Source: an uncultured bacterium (GTDB taxonomy: Bacteria; Krumholzibacteriota; Krumholzibacteriia; JACNKJ01). From it: a DNA stretch of 64,000 nucleotides. The position numbers and the translations under genes are program-made. Below, one piece after another: positions 52,337-62,853 of this stretch. The stretch lies in NCBI GenBank assembly GCA_963695095.1, contig CAVOFT010000001.1:1056001-1120000 (forward strand). Direction: 5' to 3'. The notes beneath the pieces were generated by a model. It saw only the letters and a list, made by a program, of their open reading frames with translations. It had not been told where the DNA came from and ran no database searches. The stretch's first letter is position 1, and the number at the start of each line of letters is the position of its first letter.

Positions 52337-53350
52337 ATGGCCGAGTTCGTGCCGAATCTCCCCGCCGCCAAGGTTGATGCCCACCTGCGTGCGGCCGTCG
52401 CCGAGCTGCGCCGCGCCGAACAGAGCGCCGTACTCTGGTTCGCCGAGCTGATGCGCCGGCGCCTCTACCGCGACTGCGGCTACTCCAGCATTCATGCCTA
52501 CGCCGAGGCCGTGCTTGGCTTCGGGCAGGCGAAGACCTACCAGTTCGTCCGGCTGGCGGAGTCGCTGGATGGCCTGCCCGAATTGCGTGCCTCCGTGGAG
52601 GCTGGCGAGTTGCCCTGGACCAAGGCCCGCAGCGTGGCGGCGGTCGCCACGCCGCGCTCCGAAGGCAAGTGGATCGCCCTCGCGAAGGCGAGCAGCGCGC
52701 GTCAGCTCGAGTCGCAGATCCGCGAGAGTCGCCGCGAGGCGCAACGCCTTCCCGGCCAGGGAGACCTGCTGGGACCTGCCGCCGAGCCGCTACCCGCACC
52801 AGTGGCCAAGGTGCAGGTCAGCTTCACGCTCGAGCCCGAGCAGCACGCCCGCTGGCTGGCCATCGTCGAGCGCCTGCGCAAGCAAGGGCAGACCGGGACG
52901 AAAGAGGAGCTGCTGCTGGCTGCCTTCGCGGCACTGGCCGAGGCGGAGTGTACACGTGTACAAAGCGAGGCGCCGTATCAGGTCGTGATCTACCGCTGCG
53001 AGGACTGCGGCGCCGCCCGCCTGCCCGACAGGCGCTCCCTGGCGCCGGCGGTGGCCGCGCAGGTGGCCTGCGACTGCCGAACGCAGCGGGAAGACGCGCC
53101 CAATCGGGCATCGATCCCGCCGTCTCTTCGACGGCAAGTGCTTGCGCGCGACGGCCACCGTTGCCAGGCGCCGGGCTGCCGAGCAACGCGCTTCCTGGAG
53201 GTGCATCACCGGGAGCCACGCCGGCGGGGCGGGCGCAATAGCACGGCGAACCTGATCACCCTCTGCGCGGCCTGTCACCGCCTGCTGCACGAAAGCGGCG
53301 TAGGGCTTGACGCCGCGCTGCCGGTAGCGGCCTTGCCGAAGCCCGGCTGA
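52337..53350 (+). CDS. DUF222-like HNH endonuclease (paralogue 2)
   Basis: LYRDCGYSSIHAYA; CEDCG...CDC; RDGHRCQAPGC...EVHH...GGRN..NLITLCAACH. Confidence 0.9.
   Translation: MAEFVPNLPAAKVDAHLRAAVAELRRAEQSAVLWFAELMRRRLYRDCGYSSIHAYAEAVLGFGQAKTYQFVRLAESLDGLPELRASVEAGELPWTKARSVAAVATPRSEGKWIALAKASSARQLESQIRESRREAQRLPGQGDLLGPAAEPLPAPVAKVQVSFTLEPEQHARWLAIVERLRKQGQTGTKEELLLAAFAALAEAECTRVQSEAPYQVVIYRCEDCGAARLPDRRSLAPAVAAQVACDCRTQREDAPNRASIPPSLRRQVLARDGHRCQAPGCRATRFLEVHHREPRRRGGRNSTANLITLCAACHRLLHESGVGLDAALPVAALPKPG
52949..52962. repeat. 14-bp palindrome TGTACACGTGTACA inside HNH2
   Basis: Read directly; encodes CTRVQ. Confidence 0.9.
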
Positions 53351-53442
53351 TGGCCGCTGACAGCGAGACCATCGGCAGGGGGACAAGGCGTCTGGGATGA
53401 GTCAGCGGAGGCGCTTGTGCGCATCTTCGTGCCGGATCGAGC

Positions 53443-54306
53443 CTAGTCCCGCGACTGGATGGCCAGCCCGCCCACGATGAGGGCGAGGCCGACCAGGGTG
53501 CCCGCGCGGATGGGCTCGTCCGCCACGCGGGCGATGAAGACCAGCGACAGGAAGGGCGCCAGGAAGATGAGGTTCGCCACGCGCGCCGCGCTGTCGGCCA
53601 GGCGCAGGGCGGTCAGCCAGAGCACGAAGGCAACGCTCATCTCGACGATGCCCACGTAGAGCGCGCCCCAGAGGCCCCGCCAGTCGGCGGGGACGAGCCC
53701 ATCGCCCAGGGCGCAGACGAGCAGGATGACGGGCAGGCCGCCGGCGAAGTTGAGGAAGAGGCTCGCCACCGGCGGCAGGCTGCCCCGCGTGTTGCCGATC
53801 CAGTAGAGCGCCCAGAGCAGGGTGGAGCCGAGGGCGAGGGCCACGCCGAGTCCGTCCGCCGGCCCGCCCTCGCCCTGGCGCGAGATGACGAGCACGCCGG
53901 CGTAGGCCACCAGGCCCGCCGCGAGCAGACGCGGGCGGAAGCGCTGGCCGAGCAGGGGGATGGACAGGATGCCCAGCGTGAGGGCCCAGGTGTAGTTGAG
54001 CGGCTGGGCCACCTGGGCGGGCAGGCGGTCGTAGGCGGCGAAGAGCACGAGGTAGTAGGCCGCCGGGTTGAGCAGGCCCAGCGCGAGGCCGCGCAGGACA
54101 GCCCCGCGCGGCGCGCTACGCAGCACGCCCAGCTCGCCGCGCGCGAGCAGTAGCCCGCCCAGGATGAGGAAGGCCACCGCCGCCGAGTAGGCGAGGAGCT
54201 GCGCCGGAGTCAGCGCGCGCAGGCTCAGCTTGAAGGCCGTGGCCACCGTGGACCAGAGCAGCACCGTGGCCAGGCCGAGGAGGGTGGCGCGGCGCTGCGC
54301 GTGCAT
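53443..54306 (-). CDS. DMT/EamA family transporter
   Basis: LLWSTVATAFK, YYLVLFAAYDRLPAQ, two EamA repeats. Confidence 0.9.
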   Translation of the reverse strand: MHAQRRATLLGLATVLLWSTVATAFKLSLRALTPAQLLAYSAAVAFLILGGLLLARGELGVLRSAPRGAVLRGLALGLLNPAAYYLVLFAAYDRLPAQVAQPLNYTWALTLGILSIPLLGQRFRPRLLAAGLVAYAGVLVISRQGEGGPADGLGVALALGSTLLWALYWIGNTRGSLPPVASLFLNFAGGLPVILLVCALGDGLVPADWRGLWGALYVGIVEMSVAFVLWLTALRLADSAARVANLIFLAPFLSLVFIARVADEPIRAGTLVGLALIVGGLAIQSRD

Positions 54307-54777
54307 CTAGGGCTTGCCGCTCTCGCGGGCCGCCACCGCCGCGCGCGCCCGCTCGATGCTGTCGCCTGGGCTCACCTTCACCTGCGCGTCGAGGATGCGG
54401 CCCTCCTCGTCGACGAACCAGTGCGAACGGATCACGCCCATGTATTTCTTGCCGTACATGGACTTCTCGCCCCAGGCGCCGAGGGCCTCGAGCAGCTTGT
54501 GCTCCGGGTCGGAGAGAAAGTCGAAGGGGAAGCCCTCCTTCGCTTTCCAGCGGGCCAGGGTCTCCGGCGCGTCGGGGCTGAGGCCCAGCACCTCGACGCC
54601 GCGGGCGGCGAAGGCGCGCGCCTGCGCCTTCATTCCCTGCGCCTGCACGGTGCAGCCGCTGGTGGCGGCCTTGGGGAAGGCGAAGAGCAGCCAGGCCCTG
54701 CCGCGCAGGCTCGTCTGCTTCACGGTGGCGCCGTCCTGGTTCTTGAGGCTGAAGGCAGGCAGCTTATTGGCGGCCAT
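54307..54777 (-). CDS. bcp: peroxiredoxin Q/BCP
   Basis: FPKAATSGCT, GEKSMYGKKYMG, RSHWFVDEEG. Confidence 0.9.
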   Translation of the reverse strand: MAANKLPAFSLKNQDGATVKQTSLRGRAWLLFAFPKAATSGCTVQAQGMKAQARAFAARGVEVLGLSPDAPETLARWKAKEGFPFDFLSDPEHKLLEALGAWGEKSMYGKKYMGVIRSHWFVDEEGRILDAQVKVSPGDSIERARAAVAARESGKP

Positions 54778-54810
54778 GGCAGCTTCCTTTCGTGGACGCG
54801 CGCAGCGCGG

Positions 54811-55701
54811 CTAGGGCTGGGCGGGCTCGCTCGCGGCCGCGGGCGGCACGGCGAGCAGCAGCGCGGGATCGACGAGCTGTCCCTGCGCGCTCGCGCCCAG
54901 GTGCAGGTGGGGTCCGGTGACGCGCCCCGTGGCCCCCGCGCGGCCGATGATCTGGCCGCGCGCCACCCGCTCGCCCGGCTTCACCTCGATCGCCGACAGG
55001 TGGAAGTAAAGCGTGAGGAAGCCGTCGCCGTGATCCAGGTAGACCGAATTGCCGGCGTAGAAGTGCTCCTCGGCGAGGGCAACCACGCCGTCCGCGCAGG
55101 CGGCGATGGGCGTGCCCGTCGCCGCGCGCAGGTCGAGGCCGCTGTGCGGGCTCTTGGCCTCGCCGTTGAAGAAGCGGCGCAGGCCGAAGTCGCTGCTCTT
55201 CTCGCCGGCCACCGGCGAGCTGAGCGGCAGCGGCCAGTCACCCGATGCGCTGACGCGCGCGAGCGCCGCGCGCGCGCGGAGCTGCTCGCGCTCGGTGCGC
55301 TCGAGGTCCTCCGCGGACAGCTCGCTGTACTTGCTCGCCACCGTGAGATGCTGCTCGGGGTAGGCGCGCGGCTCGCGCGCGATGGGGCGCACGAGAATGG
55401 TCTCGACGCCATCCCGCCAGGAGCGCACGCGCAGCGTGTGCTCCTCGCCCTCCAGGCGCTCGCGCATGCCGAGGCCGAGCACGAGGCGGGCCACCTTCGC
55501 CTTGGGATTGGCCACGAGCGCCGGGCGCAGGGTCTTGCCCAGCCAGTCCACGAGGATCGAGTCCGTGTCCACCGCGGCGCGCAGGGTGACGACGAAGGCC
55601 GTGCCCTCGGGCACGCGCTCGGGGCAGTCGATGCCGAGCGCCTGCGCGGCGCAGGGCGCGAAGAGGGTGAGGGCGGCGAGGGCGAGCAGATGGCGCAACA
55701 T
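54811..55701 (-). CDS. M23 family metallopeptidase
   Basis: HSGLD, GNSVYLDHG, YFHL, TGPHLH. Confidence 0.92.
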   Translation of the reverse strand: MLRHLLALAALTLFAPCAAQALGIDCPERVPEGTAFVVTLRAAVDTDSILVDWLGKTLRPALVANPKAKVARLVLGLGMRERLEGEEHTLRVRSWRDGVETILVRPIAREPRAYPEQHLTVASKYSELSAEDLERTEREQLRARAALARVSASGDWPLPLSSPVAGEKSSDFGLRRFFNGEAKSPHSGLDLRAATGTPIAACADGVVALAEEHFYAGNSVYLDHGDGFLTLYFHLSAIEVKPGERVARGQIIGRAGATGRVTGPHLHLGASAQGQLVDPALLLAVPPAAASEPAQP

Positions 55702-55758
55702 GCGGAGCCTCCGGCTGGGCGGACAGTCTAGTCGGCGCGCGGCCCGGCGGCAAGCGGC

Positions 55759-56681
55759 CTAGTGCTCCACCCGGGATTTCGCGTAGAGCTGCACCGGCTC
55801 GAGCAGGGCATCGCTGAGGCCGAAGCGCCAGATGGCCGTGTTGCCCTCCACGCGCTCGGCGTTGGTCTCGAGCACGGGACCGGGCAGCGTGAGCCGGAAG
55901 CTGAGGTCGGTGGAGGCGACCAGGTCCAGCCCCGGCAGGCGTTCGGCGAAGGCGGCGTCGCTCCCCTCGCCGGCCCCGCGCAGGACGCCGTGCAGACGCT
56001 CGCCGATGGCCGCTGCTGTCGCCTCCGGATACTGCCGCGCGATCACTGCTCGGGCCTGCTCGGCCAGGGCGGCGAGGAAGGTGGCATAGGCGGGCTCGGC
56101 CGCGTCCTCCTGCTCGAGGGCGATGTAGCGCAGGGCGGCGCCGCCGACGAGGCCGCGCAGCTCGGCGCGCGCGGGCTCGTCCAGCGCCGGGTAGTCGAGG
56201 GCCAGCGCCGCGGCGCCCAGCTCGGCGATCAGCGCCGAGGCGGCGGGCAGGATGCCCTGCCACTCGAAGCGCTCGCGATAGCTGAGCGTGCGCTCGTCGC
56301 CCTCGCCGGCCGTCTCCACCCGCACGCTGTTGGCGTAGAGGACGCCGGCGGCCCGCCCGTCCGCGCGGCCGGGGACGGCGATCTCGCCGTCGAGGCGGGA
56401 CCAATCGGCCGCCCCCGCCAGCTCCTGCTCGCGCCTGAAGACGAGGCGCTGCGGCTCGCCGCCGCGTCGATGCGGCGCCAGCCGGCGGCCTCGGCGAGGG
56501 CGAAGCGCTCGCGGAAGTGGAAGACAGCGGCCTCGGGCGTGGGGCCCGGGGCATCGCAGGCCAGCTCGCAGACGCGGCGGCCGCTGCCGTCGGCCTCCAG
56601 GGTCACTTCCACGCTGTAGTGCTGGCAGCCGGCCAGGCCGAGCAGCAGGGTCAGCATGCCGGGCAGGAAACGACGGGACAT
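55759..56681 (-). CDS. hypothetical lipoprotein (LppM-like; frameshift near 56455)
   Basis: LAGC lipobox, VTLEADGSG, LTLPGPVLETNA..VEG..AIW. Confidence 0.6.
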
Positions 56682-56806
56682 CGCCCACACCTCCTCGACG
56701 CGCCCGCGCCGGGCGCCGTCGCAGCATAGCGCGAAGCCGCCGCCTGCGCCAGAGGGCGATCGCGGGTCAAGCGATGGAGTCCGCCTGCCCGAGGCACCCG
56801 ACAAGA

Positions 56807-56833
56807 AGGCCCGGCGGCATCGCCGCCGGGCCT
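56807..56833 (-). terminator. intrinsic terminator
   Basis: AGGCCCGGCGGC/GCCGCCGGGCCT 12-bp stem followed by TCTTGT on the minus strand. Confidence 0.7.
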
Positions 56834-56940
56834 CGGCTGTCGGAGTGCTGCCGCGTGCAGGCTGCCCTGCCCGGGTGGCGCTGGCTCGGGTCCGGGTCGC
56901 GCGCGTTGTTTCGCGCGCGAGAGGACCCGAGCCAGTGCCT

Positions 56941-59424
56941 CTACTTGAGCAAGGTCAGCTTGCTCGTGTCGACCGTGCCGTCAGCGGTGATCAGATTCAG
57001 CCGGGCGAAGTAGATGCCCGAGGACACCGGCTGGCCGGCATCGTCCTGGCCGTTCCAGGTCACCGCGTGCTGGCCCGCCTCCTGGCGGCCTGCGAAGAGC
57101 GTGGCCACCTGCCGGCCCGCGACGTCGTAGACGGCCAGGCGCAGCTCGCCGGCCGCGGCCAGCGCGTAGCGGATCTCCGTCGTCGGGTTGAAGGGGTTGG
57201 GCACGTTGGCGAGCAGGGCGCTCTTGGCGGGCAGCGGGGCGTCGCCCGCGGCCGTCAGATCGCCGCCCAGGCCCCAGATCTCCACGTCGTCCAGGTTCCA
57301 GCCGCTGTAGAGCCAGCTGCTGTCCGTGGTGCCCATCGTCCAGCGCAGGTAGACCGTGCTCTGGCCGTCAGCCACCGCCGAGATGTCGTAGTCCAGGTAC
57401 TGCCAGCTGTTGTCCGTGATCTCGCTGCCGTTGGTCCAGACCTGGGTCCAGGTCGTGCCGTTGTTGCTCACGCGCAGGTAGGCGTGGTCGTAGCTCGGCT
57501 GCTCGACGTTGAGCCAGCGGCGGAACTTCACGCGCGTGCCCGTGAAGGTCGTGCAGTCGAAGGGCGTGCTGGTCAGGTGGTACTCGGGCATGTTGTTCGT
57601 GTAGGCGCCGTTCAGATTGTAGCCGTAGACGTTGGGGCCCGTGTAGCCGCCGGTGGGATCGGCGTAGCCGTGGTCGCCGTTGCCGCCCGTGGGCTGGCCG
57701 AAGGCCCACTGGCCCTGGACGCTCCAGCCCGGGTTCGTGTCGAAGGTCTCGCTGATCTGCAGCGAGGGCACGCCCACCTGCAGGCTGACCGGCCGCTGCG
57801 TGTCGCCGTCGCCATTGGTGGTGTTCGTGAACTGCACGATGGCGCTGTGGAGCCCCTGGGGCAGGCCGTTGGCCGCCGCGTTGAGGCTGACGGTCACGCT
57901 GGCCGTCGCGCCGGGCGCCAGCGTGCCGCTGCCGCCGGTCACGCTGACCCAGGCCGCGTCGTCGCTGACGCTGAAGCTGAAGGACGTCTCACCGGCGTTC
58001 TCCACCGTGTAGGCAATGCTGGTCGGCGTGAAGGGGCCGCCCTGGTCGCCGCTGGAGACGAGGCCCGTGCCGGGGGTCACCTGCATGCCGGTGGCGTAGG
58101 GATCGTAGGTGTCCAGGGTGATGACGCCGCTGGCCGTGGGGTCGAGGTAGGCGCTGAGGCCGTGCGTCCAGGACACCGAGAAGCGGCCGTACCAGTCGGA
58201 GGTCTGGCTGGTGCAGGAGGCGTAGCCGCCGTGGAGCTGCCCGACCACGTGGTGGTTGGGGCTGAAGAGCGGCGAGCCCGAGGAGCCGGGCTCGGTGGTG
58301 CCGAGATCCCAGTCGGTGATGCGGACGTGCGTGCCGTCGCCCGGTACGGCGGTGCCCAGGTAGCTCGTCGTGCTCGTGGGGTCGTACTCGAAGCTGATGC
58401 TCTTCTCGTCCGTGCTCGGATGGTGGATGGCGATGGCGCTGGGCGGATCCGCGCTCGACTTGTCCCAGCCGGCGTAGGTGACGCCCCAGGCCGGGTTCGG
58501 CAGCTCGTCCAGCTCGACCAGCGTGAAGTCCGAAGCCGAGTAGGAGGAGCGGAAGAAGGAGCCGGTCTGGTTCTGGGCGAGGGAGCCGCCGCCGTGCTGG
58601 CCGCAGGTGGGGCTCTCGAAGTTCCAGTAGACCACCAGGGAGGCCGCGTTGCCCGTGTTGATGCCGCAGTGGTTGGCGGTCATGAAGTAGGGCGTGGCGT
58701 CCTGGGCGGTGTTGTTCACCATGAAGCCGGTGCAGAAGGTGCTGCCGCCGGTGGAGATGACGCCGATGGCCGGGATCTCGCTGCGCCAGTCGTCGCCCTC
58801 GGGGCAGATGACGTCGACGTTGCAGGCGCCGGAGCGATCGCCGGGCGGCAGCAGCTCGCCGAAGCCGCGATAGCCCACGTTGATGGAGCCGATGGCGAGT
58901 TCCACGCGGCTCTCGGCCTTGGCCGGCACCGTCAGCTCGATGACGATATCGTCGGCCAGCACCACGGGCGTCCACAGCTCGCCGTGGGCGGCGTTGTCGG
59001 CCGCGGTGTAGGCGCGCGTGCCGTAGCTGTAGTCCGCCGCGTGCGCGATGAGCTGCGCGCCCTCGGGCAGGGCGAAGCGGGTGAAGCCGAGATTCAGCGA
59101 GACCGCGCCGGGCGAGTCCACGCGCAGGCGCCAGACGCGATTGCCGCCCGGGATGTCCTCCCAGGTGCCGCGCGTGGCGGGGTCGATCTCGACCGGGTAG
59201 GGGATGGCGAAGCGGGGCGGCAGGCCCTCGGCCTCGCGGTCCTCGTCCTCGAGCCGCGCCAGGGCGGCGTCGACGACGGGCGCTGCGTAGTGATCGACGC
59301 TCTCCAGGGCGAGCAGGGAGTGGGTCTGTGAACTCGGCGTGGCCGGCAGCGGCTCGGCGGCGAAGGCGACGCCGCAGGCCAGGGCAAGCAGAGCGAGCCC
59401 GAACAGGAGTCTCGGCAGGCGCAT
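56941..59424 (-). CDS. lysyl-endopeptidase-like S1 protease with BACON-like and FlgD-Ig domains
   Basis: CTGFMVNN, TANHC, DFTL, HHP, GSSGSPL, GQLHGG; PNPFNP tail. Confidence 0.9.
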   Translation of the reverse strand: MRLPRLLFGLALLALACGVAFAAEPLPATPSSQTHSLLALESVDHYAAPVVDAALARLEDEDREAEGLPPRFAIPYPVEIDPATRGTWEDIPGGNRVWRLRVDSPGAVSLNLGFTRFALPEGAQLIAHAADYSYGTRAYTAADNAAHGELWTPVVLADDIVIELTVPAKAESRVELAIGSINVGYRGFGELLPPGDRSGACNVDVICPEGDDWRSEIPAIGVISTGGSTFCTGFMVNNTAQDATPYFMTANHCGINTGNAASLVVYWNFESPTCGQHGGGSLAQNQTGSFFRSSYSASDFTLVELDELPNPAWGVTYAGWDKSSADPPSAIAIHHPSTDEKSISFEYDPTSTTSYLGTAVPGDGTHVRITDWDLGTTEPGSSGSPLFSPNHHVVGQLHGGYASCTSQTSDWYGRFSVSWTHGLSAYLDPTASGVITLDTYDPYATGMQVTPGTGLVSSGDQGGPFTPTSIAYTVENAGETSFSFSVSDDAAWVSVTGGSGTLAPGATASVTVSLNAAANGLPQGLHSAIVQFTNTTNGDGDTQRPVSLQVGVPSLQISETFDTNPGWSVQGQWAFGQPTGGNGDHGYADPTGGYTGPNVYGYNLNGAYTNNMPEYHLTSTPFDCTTFTGTRVKFRRWLNVEQPSYDHAYLRVSNNGTTWTQVWTNGSEITDNSWQYLDYDISAVADGQSTVYLRWTMGTTDSSWLYSGWNLDDVEIWGLGGDLTAAGDAPLPAKSALLANVPNPFNPTTEIRYALAAAGELRLAVYDVAGRQVATLFAGRQEAGQHAVTWNGQDDAGQPVSSGIYFARLNLITADGTVDTSKLTLLK

Positions 59425-59611
59425 GGTTCTCTCCATTCCTAGGGTGGCGATGTCGTGCAGGGGATGGCGGCCTGGTCTCGGCGACCGGCGCTGGCATTTC
59501 GGATTTCATCATACCACAGTTCCGATGCTATCTGCAGCATTTCCTTGCGATCGGGGGCCGCATCCGGGACAATTGACGGCTCCCCCTCACCGTTCCCCGG
59601 AGGTCCGCGGC

Positions 59612-61888
59612 ATGTCACGCTCGCTCATCGTCATTCTCGCAGGCAGCCTGCTGCTGCTCCTGGCCTCCGGGCTTCCCCTGGCCGCCGCCGAGGCCCAGCG
59701 CATCGAGCTGGCGGCCGGCGCCATCGATCCGGCCGCCGCCACCTTGCCCGCCGACCCGGCCCTGCGCGCCGCGGCGCCCGATGCGGACGAAAGCGCCCAC
59801 TGGATCGTCCACTGGACGGAGCCGATCACGCCCGCGCTCACGGACGAGCTGCGTGCCCTCGGCGCCGAGCTGCTCGGTTACCTGCCCCAGCAGGCCCAGC
59901 TCGTGCGGATGACGGGCGCCCAGGCCGAGGCCGCGCGCGGATTGAGCGCGGTGGACTTCGTCGGCCTCTGGCATCCGGCCTATTCGCTGAGTCCCGCGAT
60001 CGGCCAGCGCGTCTGGCAGGATCCGGCCCGCGCCGCCGACGGCCGGCTCTTTCTCACCGTGCAGCTCTTCGCCGGCAGCGATGCCGAGCGCGCCGCGGCC
60101 GGCGCCCGCAAGCTGGACGCGGAGATCCTCGCCCTCAGCGAGGACCCGGCCTCGCCCCGCCTCGAGCTGGCCCTGGCGCCGGCGCGCCTGCACGATCTCG
60201 CGCGGCTGGCCGCCGTGCAGTGGATCGAGGACGCGCCCGAGCTGAGCGAGCGCAACAACAACGTCGTCTGGGTCGTGCAGACGGCCCTGAGCGGCAACGA
60301 GGCGCTCTGGGACCAGGGCCTCCACGGCGAGGGTCAGGTGCTCAGCCACATCGACAGCGGCATGGCCGAGTCCAGCTGCTACTTCAACGATCCGGACGGC
60401 GACCCGGCGGGCCCCGACCATCGCAAGGTGCTCTACCAGACGGGCGGCTCGAGCACGCACGGCACGCACACGGCCGGCACGGCCGTGGGCAACCAGACGC
60501 CGGTGACGGGCGTCTCCGACTACAACGGCGTGGCCTACGAGGCCAAGATGGCCATCAGCACCTACAATGCCGGCGGCTTCAACATGTACACGACGCTGGT
60601 CACGCACCACGGCTTCGGCGCCCGCGTGTCCACCAACTCCTGGGGCGACGACGGCACCACCAGCTACACGGCGCTCTGCCGGGACATCGACCGCTACAGC
60701 CACGATTACGAGGAGGGCATGGTGGCCTTCGCCGTCACCAATCTCTCCACGCTGAAGACGCCCGAGAACGCCAAGAACGTGCTCGCGGTGGGGGCGACCA
60801 ACAACCCGAACTTCGAGAATCACGCTTCCGGCGGCACCGGGCCCACGGCCGACGGCCGCCGCAAGCCCGAGATCTACGCGCCCGGCTGCAACAACCGCTC
60901 GGCCTCGACGGCGAGCTGCGCCACGACCACGCTCTGCGGCACCTCGATGGCCTGCCCGGCGATCGCGGGCTCCGCCCTGCTCGCGCGGCAGTTCTACACG
61001 GAGGGCTGGTACCCGAGCGGCAGCCCGACGCCCGCCGACGCCCTGACGCCCTCGGGCGCGCTCCTGCGCGCGACCCTGCTCAACGGCAGCGATGACATGA
61101 GCGGCGTGCCCGGCTACCCCTCCAACCGCGAAGGCTGGGGGCATCTCATCCTCGACGAGTCGCTGGCCTTTGCGGGCGACGCGCGGGGGATGTGGGTAGA
61201 GGACCTGCGCAACGCCGAGGGCCTCGGGACCGGCGAGTCCGTGGACTACCAGCTCCTGGTGAACAGCGCGAGCGAAGCGCTCGCGGTGACCCTCGTCTTC
61301 ACAGATCCGCCGGCCACGGTGGGCGCCGCGACGCCGATCATCAACAACCTGGACCTGGAGCTGATCGCGCCCGATGCGACGAGCTACAAGGGCAACGTCT
61401 TCAGCGCCGGCCAGAGCGCGCCCGGCGGCAGCTTCGATGCGCTGAACACCGTGGAGCGCGTGCTGCTCGCGAGTCCCGCGCCGGGCCAGTGGACCCTGCG
61501 CGTGCACGGGACCAGCGTGCCCGAGGGTCCCCAGGGCTTCGCCCTCGTGGCGAACGGCGACGTGACCGGCACGCTCACCGCGGTGCCGGCCGAGGCGACG
61601 CCGCTGGCGGCGCTGCCGCGCCTGGCCGCGCCCGTGCCCAACCCCTTCAACCCGAAGACCACCCTGAGCTTCACGCTGCCGTCGGCTGGCTCAGCGCGGC
61701 TGGCGATCTACGACCTCAGCGGCCGCCGGCTGGCGACCCTGGTGGATGCGCGGCTCGAGGCGGGCAAGCACGTCGCCGAGTGGGACGGCCGCGATGCGAC
61801 GGGTCAGGCACTCGCGAGCGGCATCTACCTGGCGCGCCTGGAAGCTGCGGGCTACGCTGACATGCGCAAGCTCACGCTGCTCAAGTAG
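59612..61888 (+). CDS. S8 subtilisin-like protease (KP-43-like) with FlgD-Ig domain
   Basis: IDSG, HGTHTAGT, AKNVLAVGA, GTSMACP, NNLDLE; PNPFNP tail. Confidence 0.92.
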   Translation: MSRSLIVILAGSLLLLLASGLPLAAAEAQRIELAAGAIDPAAATLPADPALRAAAPDADESAHWIVHWTEPITPALTDELRALGAELLGYLPQQAQLVRMTGAQAEAARGLSAVDFVGLWHPAYSLSPAIGQRVWQDPARAADGRLFLTVQLFAGSDAERAAAGARKLDAEILALSEDPASPRLELALAPARLHDLARLAAVQWIEDAPELSERNNNVVWVVQTALSGNEALWDQGLHGEGQVLSHIDSGMAESSCYFNDPDGDPAGPDHRKVLYQTGGSSTHGTHTAGTAVGNQTPVTGVSDYNGVAYEAKMAISTYNAGGFNMYTTLVTHHGFGARVSTNSWGDDGTTSYTALCRDIDRYSHDYEEGMVAFAVTNLSTLKTPENAKNVLAVGATNNPNFENHASGGTGPTADGRRKPEIYAPGCNNRSASTASCATTTLCGTSMACPAIAGSALLARQFYTEGWYPSGSPTPADALTPSGALLRATLLNGSDDMSGVPGYPSNREGWGHLILDESLAFAGDARGMWVEDLRNAEGLGTGESVDYQLLVNSASEALAVTLVFTDPPATVGAATPIINNLDLELIAPDATSYKGNVFSAGQSAPGGSFDALNTVERVLLASPAPGQWTLRVHGTSVPEGPQGFALVANGDVTGTLTAVPAEATPLAALPRLAAPVPNPFNPKTTLSFTLPSAGSARLAIYDLSGRRLATLVDARLEAGKHVAEWDGRDATGQALASGIYLARLEAAGYADMRKLTLLK

Positions 61889-61901
61889 GGCGCTCGCTCT
61901 T

Positions 61902-61917
61902 CCTGTCACGTGACAGG
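61902..61917. repeat. 16-bp palindrome CCTGTCACGTGACAGG
   Basis: Between convergent stops; compensatory T/A to C/G change relative to the other copies. Confidence 0.9.
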
Positions 61918-61925
61918 TGGGCGGG

Positions 61926-62657
61926 CTAGCCGGCAGCCGCCAGCGACTGCGTTTGGCGGGCGTAGCGCGTGGCCGTCAGGGTCATCGTCAGCGGCAGGCT
62001 CGCGTAGACGAAACCGGCCCAGATGCCCAGCGCCGTCGGCAGCAGCCCGGCCGCCAGAGCCGACAGCAGGCCGGTGAGCGCCAGCACCGCGTTGAGGGCG
62101 ATCCCCTGCCGCGTGCGCAGCGCCTCGAGGGCATCGAGCCGCAGCGAGGCCGCGGCCTTGAGCGCCCGCAGGTGCAGGAGGGCGAGCAGGGCGGTCTGCA
62201 GGGCGAAGCCGACGCCGTAGACCACGAAGAGCCCCGTGAGGTCGCGCCCGCTGTCGATCACGAAGGCGCTGGGCAGGCGGCCGCCGCTCGCGAAAGCCAT
62301 GAAGGCGGAGGCGACCATCCGCAGCGGGTAGACGTAGATCAGCATCACGAAGACCATGCCCAGGCTGATGAGGGTGGTGGGGCCGTCCTCCAGGCCGAAG
62401 CGGCGGCTCCATTCGCGATGGCCGTACCAGATCGAGGCGATGGCGGTGAAGCTCGCGAGGAAGGCCGGCGCGTCCTTGAGGGCCGCGAGCAGGGCGGCGT
62501 AGCTGTTCGGGATGCTGCCGCCGGCGATGACGAGCAGGGTCACCGCGAAGGCGAAGGCCGCGTCGCAGAAGGTCTCCAGGCGAGTCATTTCGAGCCCGCG
62601 CAGGCGGACGCCCTGCTTGACGGGCAGGGTGGCCAGCGCCTCGTCGGTCCAGTTCAT
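61926..62657 (-). CDS. TMEM175 (DUF1211) family channel
   Basis: RLETFCDAAFAFAVTLL, SF..I..IW..H. Confidence 0.85.
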   Translation of the reverse strand: MNWTDEALATLPVKQGVRLRGLEMTRLETFCDAAFAFAVTLLVIAGGSIPNSYAALLAALKDAPAFLASFTAIASIWYGHREWSRRFGLEDGPTTLISLGMVFVMLIYVYPLRMVASAFMAFASGGRLPSAFVIDSGRDLTGLFVVYGVGFALQTALLALLHLRALKAAASLRLDALEALRTRQGIALNAVLALTGLLSALAAGLLPTALGIWAGFVYASLPLTMTLTATRYARQTQSLAAAG

Positions 62658-62853
62658 CGGCCCTCCTCGCCGGCGCTCCCGGGGCCGGCTCTTCGTGCTT
62701 TTCGTGTGCGCCGCCTTGCACTATGATCGGCCTATTCCGTGATTGCCAGTGAAAGGAGCCCGCCGATGCCGCATTGCCAATCTTGCGCGACGTCCCTGGC
62801 GCGGGCCGAAAGCACCATGAAAACAACGCCAGCGTGGGCGGAGTGAGGTTGGA

